Below are positions 46,040-55,417 of a stretch of 64,000 nt of DNA, piece after piece. The notes under the pieces are model-generated. The model worked only from the letters and a program-made list of their open reading frames with translations. It was not told the DNA's origin and did not search any database. Position 1 is the first letter of the stretch; every line of letters begins with the position of its first letter. The position numbers were made by a program, and so were the translations under genes. The DNA lies in contig OY843592.1 in NCBI GenBank assembly GCA_963692865.2, positions 2,688,001-2,752,000 on the forward strand, in the 5' to 3' direction. The stretch comes from a bacterium (GTDB lineage Bacteria; UBA8248).

Positions 46040-46938
46040 GCAACCCTACTCCCCACGAGTTGGCCGAAGCCGCTTCCAAATTCGCCCGCGAGGCGGGAGA
46101 AATCCTGATGGGACTTTTCGGCAAGCAGGTGGAAGTCGACTACAAGAACAAGGCCGAAACCGACCCGGTGAGCGAAGCCGATCGCGCGAGCCAGGATTAC
46201 CTCACAAAGGCGATAAACGACAGTTTTCCGGCGCACGGCGTATTGGGCGAAGAGAAGGCCGAAGACGAAGAAGAGGCCAAAGCGCAAGGCGCGCGCGAGG
46301 TGCCCGAGTATCTTTGGGTTCTGGACCCCCTCGACGGCACAAAAAATTTCCTGAACGGCCTGCACGTCTGGGGCTGTTCCGTTGGAGTTCTGAAGCGCGG
46401 ACGCTCGATTGCGGGCGCGATTTTCACGCCCGAGGAGAAAGGCTCCATCTACAGCGCATTTGAGAGGGGCGGGGCGTTCCGCAACGAGCACCGAATCGAG
46501 GTGACGAAAGAAGACAAGCCCACCGGAAAACGCATTGCCGCCCTGCCCGGCTCATACTGGACGCAATTCCGCCCCACGGGGCCGCTCAAGAAGAACCTTG
46601 GCGAGGTGCGCGCCACGGGTTCCATGTGCTACGAGCAGGCCCTCGTGGCGCGCGGAGGCCTGCACTACACGCTCTTCGGCGTTCCCAGCATCTGGGACGT
46701 GGCGGCGGGCGCGATCATCGTGAAAGAAGCGGGGGGCATGACGCTCGCCAGACGCAACCGTACGAACCAATGGCGGGAACTGGATACGTTCTTCTCGGAC
46801 GAGAATACGCCGAAAGACCTCGACGCCGCGCGCAAATGGCGGCAATCCCTGCTCATCGGCAACCCCGCCCTCGTGCGGTACATCGCCAAACACATCAAGA
46901 AAGTGAACCGGCGCAGACTCGGACGCAAGAAGCGATAG
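46036..46938 (+). CDS. inositol monophosphatase family protein
   Basis: GEE, WVLDPLDGTKNF, WDVAAG..IV.EAGG. Confidence 0.93.
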   Translation: MSNPTPHELAEAASKFAREAGEILMGLFGKQVEVDYKNKAETDPVSEADRASQDYLTKAINDSFPAHGVLGEEKAEDEEEAKAQGAREVPEYLWVLDPLDGTKNFLNGLHVWGCSVGVLKRGRSIAGAIFTPEEKGSIYSAFERGGAFRNEHRIEVTKEDKPTGKRIAALPGSYWTQFRPTGPLKKNLGEVRATGSMCYEQALVARGGLHYTLFGVPSIWDVAAGAIIVKEAGGMTLARRNRTNQWRELDTFFSDENTPKDLDAARKWRQSLLIGNPALVRYIAKHIKKVNRRRLGRKKR

Positions 46939-47014
46939 CGCTCGTTGGGAACGAGGAAATTATCTCCACTCCACTTGAACAAAACCAAGTAAAATACTGG
47001 CATTCAAGACTAAT

Positions 47015-48352
47015 TTACTTCAGATCAGGCACCCTTACAGGCGCGAACCGATCGCTCCGGGGACCTTTTCCGCCTCCTCCGAGACCCTCGATTTCCATGA
47101 TTCGCTCTTCCTGCGGGTTACGGTACGCGGAGCCTGAAATCACCTCAAGTTCATACTGTGGAGCGGGGCTGCCTCTTTTGGGCGATCCCCCGCGAATGGA
47201 GAATGAAAACGGACGAGTTTCTCCGGGCCTTAACCCTCTAAGCCAGTGTCTGGTGCGGCAGCATTTTCGCCCGCTTCGGATGAGTTCGACCTGCAAGCCT
47301 ACGTCGAAGGAAAAATCCGGATCCGTGTTGTGCAGCGCGCCCTGGGCGCGCAGATAGGGCCTGCAGGTTTTACATCTGGGTTTGCGGAACACCTCGACTT
47401 CGGCATTTTTTACGCGCACCCACCGATGGACCTGTTGGTTTCTCTCCTGCGCCATCGTGTTGATTGAGGAGAGGATGCGCTCTTTGTGAACCGACTCGGG
47501 GTAGCGATCGAGAAACTGCTCCAGCGCCGCGACGCGGCCCGAGCGCTCGGCCCCTGCCAGCGCCTGCGCTTCCATGTGCCGTTGAACGATTCCAGCCTCC
47601 TTCGAGCCTTCGAATCTACGAATAAACGCCTTCCAGTCCGCCTCTTTCTCCGAGCGCATCGCCCCCTTGAATCTCGCCGCGCGCAAAGCGGCCTTCGCCT
47701 CGGGGAGATACGAGCTCAAAGGGTTGTCGAAGACATATCTTTCCAGTTCCCGAACATCGCCAGAGGCTTTCGCCGCGTCGAGCAGGAGTCTCTCAAGGCG
47801 CTGGGTCGCCGCCTCGGTCCACTCGCTCCGCGCTTTTTTGTATTTTGCAACGAAGGCTCTGTAGGACGCTACGTCGTCTTTTGCCGTCAGGGCTCCGTAT
47901 TCATTCTTTTGGATGTCCAAGTCGGGGGGCGTTTCGAACCATCCTTCAGGAAAGCCCCTCAAGAACTTTTCGGGTTCGCCGGGCTCCTTCGACGCGAGCG
48001 CTTCCTCGTACATGAGCCGCTCCCGCCAGTAGCGCGCCCGTCGGACGTGCCTGCCGTCAAAGTGATAGTCCAGATACTCTTTATAAGCGTGCGCCGTATG
48101 CCTTCGAGCCGCCCTTCTGAAATCGAACTCATCGAGTTCTTTCAGGAACACCTTGGATTGGGGGTGACCGGGGTTTTTATGAACAAACCAGCGCTTTTCG
48201 TTTATCTCATCGCGCGGCGTCATCCTGCTCGCGCGCGGCGCGTCCTCAAAACGGCACCCGGCGACAGCCGCGCCCAGGATGAAAAGGACAAGCAGGAAAA
48301 ACAGACGATTCCCTGTCAGGTTCGTATTGGCCACACCTCGGTGTCGCGCCAT
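47015..48352 (-). CDS. hypothetical lipoprotein with helical repeats and Cys-containing C-terminal domain
   Basis: Lipobox AVAGC; about six [YF]..F/YL..[YF]P.[GS]-like repeats; start uncertain. Confidence 0.75.
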   Translation of the reverse strand: MARHRGVANTNLTGNRLFFLLVLFILGAAVAGCRFEDAPRASRMTPRDEINEKRWFVHKNPGHPQSKVFLKELDEFDFRRAARRHTAHAYKEYLDYHFDGRHVRRARYWRERLMYEEALASKEPGEPEKFLRGFPEGWFETPPDLDIQKNEYGALTAKDDVASYRAFVAKYKKARSEWTEAATQRLERLLLDAAKASGDVRELERYVFDNPLSSYLPEAKAALRAARFKGAMRSEKEADWKAFIRRFEGSKEAGIVQRHMEAQALAGAERSGRVAALEQFLDRYPESVHKERILSSINTMAQERNQQVHRWVRVKNAEVEVFRKPRCKTCRPYLRAQGALHNTDPDFSFDVGLQVELIRSGRKCCRTRHWLRGLRPGETRPFSFSIRGGSPKRGSPAPQYELEVISGSAYRNPQEERIMEIEGLGGGGKGPRSDRFAPVRVPDLK

Positions 48353-48372
48353 TTCTCCGGGTGTCCCCAAAA

Positions 48373-49158
48373 CTATCCGAAACCCCAGTGCAGGCGCCGG
48401 TATTCCTCCGGCGTCGGCAGGCATGGGTTCTCTCTGAAACGAACCACCCGCTCAAGGAAGATGTCCACTTCCTCGATTTCCAGGAGTTCGTCCATCTCAC
48501 GCCTCAAGGAACTGTCGCTATCGCGCAGGCTGGCCTCCAGCCTTTTGACGTCGTTCACCTGCGCCTCGGGCAGGGAAACGCCCGCATAGTCCCATATGAC
48601 GGTACGCAGCTTGGGTTCCGCGTGAAACGTGAGGCCGTGATCGATTCCCCAGACGCGGCCGTCTTCGGATTTGAAACAATGGCCTCCCTTGCGATCCGTG
48701 TTGTTCACCATGATGTCGAATGCGGCGAGCAGCACCAGTTCCGGACGCTCCTCGGCGCGGAGCGTGAAATAGTTCGATTTCCCGTCATAGGGCACGCACA
48801 ACTGCATGGAGCCCTCCCCGTGCGGGCCTTCGCGAATCACCGTCGGGGGAACGAGGTGCCACCCCAGATGATGGCTCACCAAAAAAGAACACCTTTCCCG
48901 AAAATGAAGCGTTCCGTAGGGAAAATCCCAAAGGGGGCGTTCCCCGCTCGCGGGCTTGTATATCCCCCAGAACTGGAAATCTTCTGCACTCATCCTAACA
49001 GCGAAGGTGTAGTTCGAACCTTGCGGCACCAACTCGCCGCCCAGAATTTCCGAGTTGAGAAGAAGGTTTTCGATTTCCTCCGGTTCGAAGCGGTACGCCT
49101 GCGATTCGGACGCATCCACCGTCTCCTGGGCTTCAGGAGGGGAAAATTTCCGGGCCAC
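48373..49158 (-). CDS. SCO1664-family protein (PI3/4-kinase-like fold)
   Basis: GSNYTF, IYKP..GERPLWDFP.GTL..RE, VPPT, NNTDRKGGH, GIDHGLTF, KLRTVIW. Confidence 0.9.
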   Translation of the reverse strand: MARKFSPPEAQETVDASESQAYRFEPEEIENLLLNSEILGGELVPQGSNYTFAVRMSAEDFQFWGIYKPASGERPLWDFPYGTLHFRERCSFLVSHHLGWHLVPPTVIREGPHGEGSMQLCVPYDGKSNYFTLRAEERPELVLLAAFDIMVNNTDRKGGHCFKSEDGRVWGIDHGLTFHAEPKLRTVIWDYAGVSLPEAQVNDVKRLEASLRDSDSSLRREMDELLEIEEVDIFLERVVRFRENPCLPTPEEYRRLHWGFG

Positions 49159-49190
49159 GAGATTTCCCTGTCGACTATGATGGGGGCGGC

Positions 49191-49769
49191 TTAATGATGA
49201 AAGTGGCCGTTCGTATTCGGGTCGACCTTGCCGGTGGCCACCATGGCGTGTCGAGAAAGCGCATCCGTCCCCCGCCCGGAGGAGCATTCATCGAGGCTTT
49301 GGTTGATGAATTCATCCAACTGCGCATGCGCGAGACTCACCTGCAGCGCGGCGGGGCCGACGGCCTCTTGTTCGTACTCCTCTTCCTCGGCAGGCTCCCC
49401 CTCAGAGGCGACCTCGTCGCGTTCATCGTAGAAAAAGACCGTGACGTTGCCCTTGCCCGGACCATACGCCAGCCCCAGACGGCTCACCTTGAACTCGAGC
49501 AATCCCTCGGAGCTCAGCGGAGCGGAATCGACCTCGGCGATGTCGGGAAAATCCGGCTCCTCGCCCGATCGCTCCCCTTGCCCTTTCGCCTCCGCCATCT
49601 TTTTCATCGCCATCGAAAGACCGTAGACCTGTTCTTTCTCCAGCCAGAGGGTGGCGGCCGCTTTCGTCGGGCAATCAATCAGAATGCGGAAAATCCTCTT
49701 CCCCGCGACGCCAATCGCTTCCGTTTTGATTTTTTCGACTTCGCCGAAATTATGTCTGGCGGAATCCAT
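49191..49769 (-). CDS. DUF3090-family protein
   Basis: AIG..GKR.F, LEKEQ, EFKV..L.L.Y, SSGR, DP..NGH; directly upstream of the SCO1664-like gene. Confidence 0.8.
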   Translation of the reverse strand: MDSARHNFGEVEKIKTEAIGVAGKRIFRILIDCPTKAAATLWLEKEQVYGLSMAMKKMAEAKGQGERSGEEPDFPDIAEVDSAPLSSEGLLEFKVSRLGLAYGPGKGNVTVFFYDERDEVASEGEPAEEEEYEQEAVGPAALQVSLAHAQLDEFINQSLDECSSGRGTDALSRHAMVATGKVDPNTNGHFHH

Positions 49770-49956
49770 GTGAGATATAAAACTCCGCGATGCAAGGATA
49801 AGACGGCTTGCGATGGGTATACCATAAACGGATGTCTCACCCTTGTCTATTCCAATTTTCCCCTTGCGCGTTTCGGGTTTCGCCTGCGGGGAATAGCGTT
49901 TATAATTCGGCAACAAACCCGCCCCGTATTTCATCCAGCCGCCGAGAAACCAGCGT

Positions 49957-50118
49957 ATGGCGAAAAGAAATCCCCGAAAACCCGCCGCCGTCAAACACGG
50001 TTTTCTCGAATATCTGCTCCTGGGCGTTCTCGCGCTCGTCGTCGTGGTGACGGCTTGGACGCTTTATGATAACGGAATCATCGACACGTTCATCGAACTC
50101 ATCAAAGGCGCTCGTTAG
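49957..50118 (+). CDS. 53-aa membrane peptide with Flp-pilin-like motif
   Basis: Not in ORF track: MAKRNPRKPAAVKHGFLEYLLLGVLALVVVVTAWTLYDNGIIDTFIELIKGAR. Confidence 0.65.
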   Translation: MAKRNPRKPAAVKHGFLEYLLLGVLALVVVVTAWTLYDNGIIDTFIELIKGAR

Positions 50119-50390
50119 CGCGCCACGCACCCAAGAGGCGCACCTCTTCTCTTGCGAATTCGGCAGGCTCCGCCGCACTATCGAGCGCTTCATCCAGACG
50201 AACGCTTTTCCGGCATCGCTCATCGGTGCGCATCTCCTAAAAATCGGTGTCATCAAAAGCGCACGAACGAATCTCCATAACATGGATTCGGAGCAAACAA
50301 GATCCGGTGGGCGAAAATCCCGAACCGGCTACACAGCTTCGGGCGAAAAGTGGTAGCCTCCACCAAATCGCAACCATCAGAGGATGCTCA

Positions 50391-51197
50391 TTGGCCCGGC
50401 TCATTTCCAAAACGCTGCAAACTCCCGACGGTCCGCTCGCCTATACCGAGGCTGGGGACGACGGCAAAGAAGCCCTCCTCCTCGTGCACGGCGGCTTCGG
50501 GGCGGCGAACCACTGGCTCAAGAACCAGGCTTTCTTCGCCGCGCATTACCGCACTTTGGCGATCGACCTGCCCGGTTTCGGCGAGAGCTACGCGCCGCCG
50601 AAACCGCATACGGCCGCATCCGTCACGCAGGGCATCGGTCGGCTCCTCGACGGGCTTCGAATCGAGGAGTGCCTGTGCGTGGCTTTTTCCTTCGGCGCGA
50701 CGATGAGCGTGACGTATAGCCAGGAAAACGCCTCGCGACTCAAAAAACTCGTTCTGCTGGGGCCGGGAGGTTTGGGGATAACAGGCGACGTCAAGCTCGG
50801 CGATGAGCGCCGCGCCACCAAGAAGATGAGCCCCGAGGAGAAGCACGCGGTATTCGTCCACAATCAAAAGGCGCTGATGTTCAAAAACCCGGCCTGCGCG
50901 GATGATGTATACCTCTCCCAGGCATGGACGAACCTCAAGAATTCAAGGATGAACATCTACGCCATGAACCGCGAACCCCGCCTGCCCGATTTGCTTCCAG
51001 CGTGCTCCATGCCGCTGTTCATCCTGTGGGGAGACGCCGACGTCATCGCCTACCCCACGCCCGAAGAACGCCGGAGCGCTTGCCAAAAAGCCGCTCCCCA
51101 TGCAGAAGTGGATACTATTCCCGACGCCGGGCACATGGCCCAGTGGGAGCAACCCGAGACATTCAACGAGCGCGTATTGCAATTCCTGCAGACATAA
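50391..51197 (+). CDS. alpha/beta hydrolase
   Basis: HGG, DLPGFGES, AFSFG nucleophile, WGDAD, AGH..QWEQP; TTG start after GAGGA. Confidence 0.9.
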   Translation: MARLISKTLQTPDGPLAYTEAGDDGKEALLLVHGGFGAANHWLKNQAFFAAHYRTLAIDLPGFGESYAPPKPHTAASVTQGIGRLLDGLRIEECLCVAFSFGATMSVTYSQENASRLKKLVLLGPGGLGITGDVKLGDERRATKKMSPEEKHAVFVHNQKALMFKNPACADDVYLSQAWTNLKNSRMNIYAMNREPRLPDLLPACSMPLFILWGDADVIAYPTPEERRSACQKAAPHAEVDTIPDAGHMAQWEQPETFNERVLQFLQT

Positions 51198-51226
51198 AAA
51201 TCCATCATCCCTGAGGAGAGCGTTTC

Positions 51227-51994
51227 ATGGGCAAGACGAGTTTTGATTTTTCCGGACAGGTCGCCGTCGTTACGGGCGGGTCGCGCGGCATCGGCAAGGG
51301 ATCGGCTGAGCGGTTCGCCGAGGCCGGCGCCAAGACCTATCTCATAGACATCGACGTCGAACTCGGAGAAGCAGCCGCCGCCGGCATCCGCGAGAACGGG
51401 GGGGACGCCGCCTTCATCGACTGCGACCTCACGGACTCGGTGGCCGTGAAACAGATGATAGATCGCATCGTGAGCGAGGCGGGCGCCATCGACATTTTCG
51501 TCAACTCCGCGGGCGGCTTTCACCAGCAGCTTTCGACGGGCGATACGTCGGAAGACGAATGGGACGCCGTGGTGGACAGGAACCTCAAGAGCGTATTTCT
51601 GACTTCAAAATACCTCACGCCCGTTTTCGAGCGGCAAAAGGGCGGCTGCGTGATCAACCTGGGCTCCATGTCGGGCATCACCACGCTCCAGCCCTCATCC
51701 CCGCCCTATGCGGCGGCCAAGGCGGGCGTTCACGCCCTGACCCGGGTGCTCGCCTACGACCTGGGGAAATACAACGTGCGCGTGAACGCCATCGCGCCCG
51801 GAACCACGGCGACCGAGCGCGTCATCGCGGTGCGCTCGGAAGAACAGCGCGAGATGATCGGCAAGGGCACGCTTCTCGGCCGCATCGCCGACGTGGAGGA
51901 CATGGTGGGCTGGGTGCTCATGCTGGCCTCGCCCGAGTCCGCCTACCTCACGGGCCAGACCATCGCCGTGAACGCGGGGCGCTACATGTCGTAG
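51227..51994 (+). CDS. SDR family oxidoreductase
   Basis: TGGSRGIG, NSAG, YAAAK, RVNAIAPG. Confidence 0.93.
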   Translation: MGKTSFDFSGQVAVVTGGSRGIGKGSAERFAEAGAKTYLIDIDVELGEAAAAGIRENGGDAAFIDCDLTDSVAVKQMIDRIVSEAGAIDIFVNSAGGFHQQLSTGDTSEDEWDAVVDRNLKSVFLTSKYLTPVFERQKGGCVINLGSMSGITTLQPSSPPYAAAKAGVHALTRVLAYDLGKYNVRVNAIAPGTTATERVIAVRSEEQREMIGKGTLLGRIADVEDMVGWVLMLASPESAYLTGQTIAVNAGRYMS

Positions 51995-52040
51995 ATGGAT
52001 AATCAGTTTTCACAAATTTGCAGCTATTTTGAGGAATTAG

Positions 52041-52664
52041 ATGAGCGAATACCTGGAATTCGACCCCGACGAGATAGAAAGGCGCGAGATTTACCGCCTG
52101 CTCACCGGCTCCATCGTCCCCCGCCCCATCGGCTGGGCGTCGTCCATCAGCAAGGAGGGGATCCACAACATCGCGCCCTTCAGCTTCTTCACCTGCGTGT
52201 GCGTGGCGCCGCCGATGATATCGCTCACCGTGGCGAGAAACCCCGACGGCACCAAGAAGCATACCCTCATCAACGCGCAGGAAACCGGGGAATTCTGCTT
52301 CAACGTCGTCACCCACCGCCATTGGGAACAGATGGTGGACACGGCGAACGGCATCCCGGCGGAAGAAAGCGAATTCGACGCCACAGGCCTCGAGCCGATA
52401 CCCGCAAAGAAGGTGAAGGCCCCGCGCATCAAGGACGCGCCCATTCACTTCGAGTGCAAGACCCACGACGTGTTCGAACTGGGACCGAACAAGCATCCGC
52501 TCCTGATCGGAGAAGTCGTCTATTTCCACGTCAACCCCGGCGTCATGACGGGGAAATACATCGACATGCAGAAACTAGGGCCCATCGGCCGCCTGAACGG
52601 CTTCTGGCAATGCACGCTCGGTGATTTCCTGGAAAGAAGTTTCGAGGACGGGCAACCGAGGTAG
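52041..52664 (+). CDS. flavin reductase-like family protein
   Basis: IVPRPIGW.SS, NIAPFSFF, K.T..N..ETGEF, GRL.G. Confidence 0.92.
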   Translation: MSEYLEFDPDEIERREIYRLLTGSIVPRPIGWASSISKEGIHNIAPFSFFTCVCVAPPMISLTVARNPDGTKKHTLINAQETGEFCFNVVTHRHWEQMVDTANGIPAEESEFDATGLEPIPAKKVKAPRIKDAPIHFECKTHDVFELGPNKHPLLIGEVVYFHVNPGVMTGKYIDMQKLGPIGRLNGFWQCTLGDFLERSFEDGQPR

Positions 52665-52734
52665 GATGAGAGTGATCGAAAAGAACCGAGAATTTACTTG
52701 ATATATAACATATAAATAACTGTTAAATTATATC

Positions 52735-52941
52735 TTACTCTACATCAAATCCAGCGTCTTCAACGGCGGCGCGCAAGGAGTCGAGGTTCGTCGCCCCCTC
52801 ATCGAAAACCACCGTCGCCCTGCCTCTTTCCAGATCGACGGCGGCCTCGGCCACGCCTTCCACGCCGCTCAACGCCTCTTGCACTGCGGATTGGCACATC
52901 CCGCAACTCATTCCGCCTACGACTATCTCCACTTTCGCCAT
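52735..52941 (-). CDS. copZ: copper chaperone CopZ (HMA domain)
   Basis: GMSCGMC, AVEDAGF; follows copA. Confidence 0.9.
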   Translation of the reverse strand: MAKVEIVVGGMSCGMCQSAVQEALSGVEGVAEAAVDLERGRATVVFDEGATNLDSLRAAVEDAGFDVE

Positions 52942-52996
52942 TTCAATCTCTCCACAAGAAATCGAGTCGATTGATCTATAAGCCCGAATCCGGAAT

Positions 52997-55408
52997 CTAG
53001 CCCGCATTCCTAGAATGACCGGGCTTCCAGTTTCTGAGCAGCAAGGTGTTCGACACGACGGATACGGAACTGAACGCCATGGCCGCCCCCGCGACGATGG
53101 GGCTCAAGAACCCGAACGCCGCCAGGGGGATGCCGAGGACGTTGTAGAAAAACGCCCAGAAGAGATTCTGGCGGATCTTCCGCATAACGGTCTTCGAGAG
53201 GTGAATTCCCGCCACGACGCCCGTCAGATCGCCCCGCATCAGCGTGATGTCCGACGCCTCCATCGCGATGTCCGTGCCCGTGCCGACCGCGAAGCCTACG
53301 TCCGCGGCGGCCAGCGCCGGAGCGTCGTTGATGCCGTCGCCCACCATACCCACCTTCTTACCTTCCCTCTTGAGCCGCTGCACCATCGCCGCCTTTTCAT
53401 CCGGCATCACCTCCGCCATCACGTGAGAGATGCCCGCTTGCGACGCCACCGCCTGCGCCGTGCGCTCGTTGTCGCCCGTCATCATGTACACCTCGATTCC
53501 CATATTTCGGAGCGATTCGACGGCTTCGGCCGAATTCTCCCTCAAGCTGTCGGCGACGCCGATGACGCCCAGCAGGCGCTCCTCGTCGGCGATGAGGACC
53601 GCGGTTTTCCCCTCCGATTCGAGCCGACGAATCTCATCAATACGCCCAGATGCCGCCAGGCCGCGCTCCGCCATGAACTTCTCGTTGCCCAGATATATTT
53701 TCCGCCCCCCCACATTCGCTTCCAGGCCATGCCCCGGAAAGGCGCGGAAATCGCGCATATCGAACAATTCCGCGCCGCGCGCGTTCGCCTCATCCACAAT
53801 CGCCTTCCCCAGAGGATGTTCCGAGCCTCGCTCCGCACTCGCCGCGAGCCGGAGCAACTCCTCTTCGGTGAATCCGCTCAGCGATAGTATGTCGGTCACG
53901 GCGGGCGTCCCCTTCGTCAGCGTGCCCGTCTTGTCCAGGATGACCGCGTCCAGCCTGTGGGCCGTCTCCAGGGACTCGCCTCCCTTAATGAGAATCCCGG
54001 CTTCGGCCCCTTTCCCGGTGCCCACCATGATGGCCGTAGGCGTCGCTAATCCCAAGGCGCACGGACAGGCGATGACCAAAACGGCGACGGCGTTGATGAG
54101 CGCGGGCGTGAACGGCCCCACAGCTTCCCAGAGAACGTACGTGAGGAGCGCGATTCCCAGAACGATGGGCACGAATATGCCCGAAACCCTATCCGCAGTG
54201 CGCTGAATCGGCGCCTTGGAGCTTTGCGCCTGCTCCACCATGCGGATGATCTGAGCCAGTACTGTTTCCTTTCCCACCCTCAAAGCCCGGAACTTCACCG
54301 CCCCGTCGATGTTGATCGTGGCCCCGGTAACGGCGTCGTCCACGCCTTTCGCCACGGGAACGCTCTCGCCCGTCAGCATGGATTCATCCACGGAAGTGGC
54401 GCCCTCGAGGATAATCCCGTCTACGGGATATTTTTCGCCGGGGCGCATCATTACGACGTCGTCTACGCGGACCTCGCCCACGGGAACCTCGCGTTCTTCC
54501 CCGCCGCGGAGCACGCGCGCCGTCTTCGCCTGAAGGCCCATGAGCTTCTTGATGGCTTCCGAGGTTCTGCCCATGGCGCGCTCTTCGAGCACCTTTCCGA
54601 ACACGATGAGCGTGATCAGGACAGCGGACGCCTCGAAATACACGTGATGTCCGCTCAGACCCCACAGCGTCACCACGCTGCTGTGCAGCCAGGCAGCGCT
54701 CGTTCCCAGGGCGACGAGAACGTCCATGTTCGCGCCGCCGCCCATGAGCGAATGATACGCGCCCCGATAAAACCGCCGGCCCACGATGAACTGCACGGGC
54801 GTGGCGAGCGCGAATTGCCACCATCTGGGCAACTCCCAGCCCCCCGCGCCCGGAATCATCCCCGCCATCTGTATGAGAAGAGGCGCGGATAAAACCGCGG
54901 AGAACACGAGCAGACGCACGCTTCTCCTGAACTCGCGCTCTCGTTTGATTTTTTCCGCGTCCTGATCTTCATCCAACACGGGACGCGCCGAATACCCCGC
55001 CCCGGCCACATAATCGACAATCTCATCGGCGCCGGCGAGAGCCGGCTGGAACTCGACACGGCCACGGGCCGCAGAGAAATCCACGTCGGCGGACACGACG
55101 CCGTCCAGTCCGCTCAACTGCTCCTCCAGGCCTGCGGCGTCCGCCGCGTCTTCCATTCCCTCTATCGTGAGCTCGACGTGAGCATGCGGAACGTGAAACC
55201 CGGTTTTTTCCACCCTTTTGGTAATGTCTGCGGGCGTCACCAGGGCGGGAACGAACTCCACTTGCGCGCGCGCGAGGGTCAGGTTCACGTTCGCGCGCAA
55301 CACGCCCTCCAGCGCGCCGAGTCGTTTTTCCAATCTCGCGGAACACGCCGCGCACGACATGCCCTCGACCGGAATCTCCAGCGTTTCGGGTATCGAGTTT
55401 ATGGACAT
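52997..55408 (-). CDS. copA: Cu(I)-translocating P1B-1 ATPase
   Basis: GMSCAAC HMA, TGES, CPC, DKTGT, SEHP, GDGIND, YN and MAFSS. Confidence 0.95.
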   Translation of the reverse strand: MSINSIPETLEIPVEGMSCAACSARLEKRLGALEGVLRANVNLTLARAQVEFVPALVTPADITKRVEKTGFHVPHAHVELTIEGMEDAADAAGLEEQLSGLDGVVSADVDFSAARGRVEFQPALAGADEIVDYVAGAGYSARPVLDEDQDAEKIKREREFRRSVRLLVFSAVLSAPLLIQMAGMIPGAGGWELPRWWQFALATPVQFIVGRRFYRGAYHSLMGGGANMDVLVALGTSAAWLHSSVVTLWGLSGHHVYFEASAVLITLIVFGKVLEERAMGRTSEAIKKLMGLQAKTARVLRGGEEREVPVGEVRVDDVVMMRPGEKYPVDGIILEGATSVDESMLTGESVPVAKGVDDAVTGATINIDGAVKFRALRVGKETVLAQIIRMVEQAQSSKAPIQRTADRVSGIFVPIVLGIALLTYVLWEAVGPFTPALINAVAVLVIACPCALGLATPTAIMVGTGKGAEAGILIKGGESLETAHRLDAVILDKTGTLTKGTPAVTDILSLSGFTEEELLRLAASAERGSEHPLGKAIVDEANARGAELFDMRDFRAFPGHGLEANVGGRKIYLGNEKFMAERGLAASGRIDEIRRLESEGKTAVLIADEERLLGVIGVADSLRENSAEAVESLRNMGIEVYMMTGDNERTAQAVASQAGISHVMAEVMPDEKAAMVQRLKREGKKVGMVGDGINDAPALAAADVGFAVGTGTDIAMEASDITLMRGDLTGVVAGIHLSKTVMRKIRQNLFWAFFYNVLGIPLAAFGFLSPIVAGAAMAFSSVSVVSNTLLLRNWKPGHSRNAG

Positions 55409-55417
55409 GTCATACCC

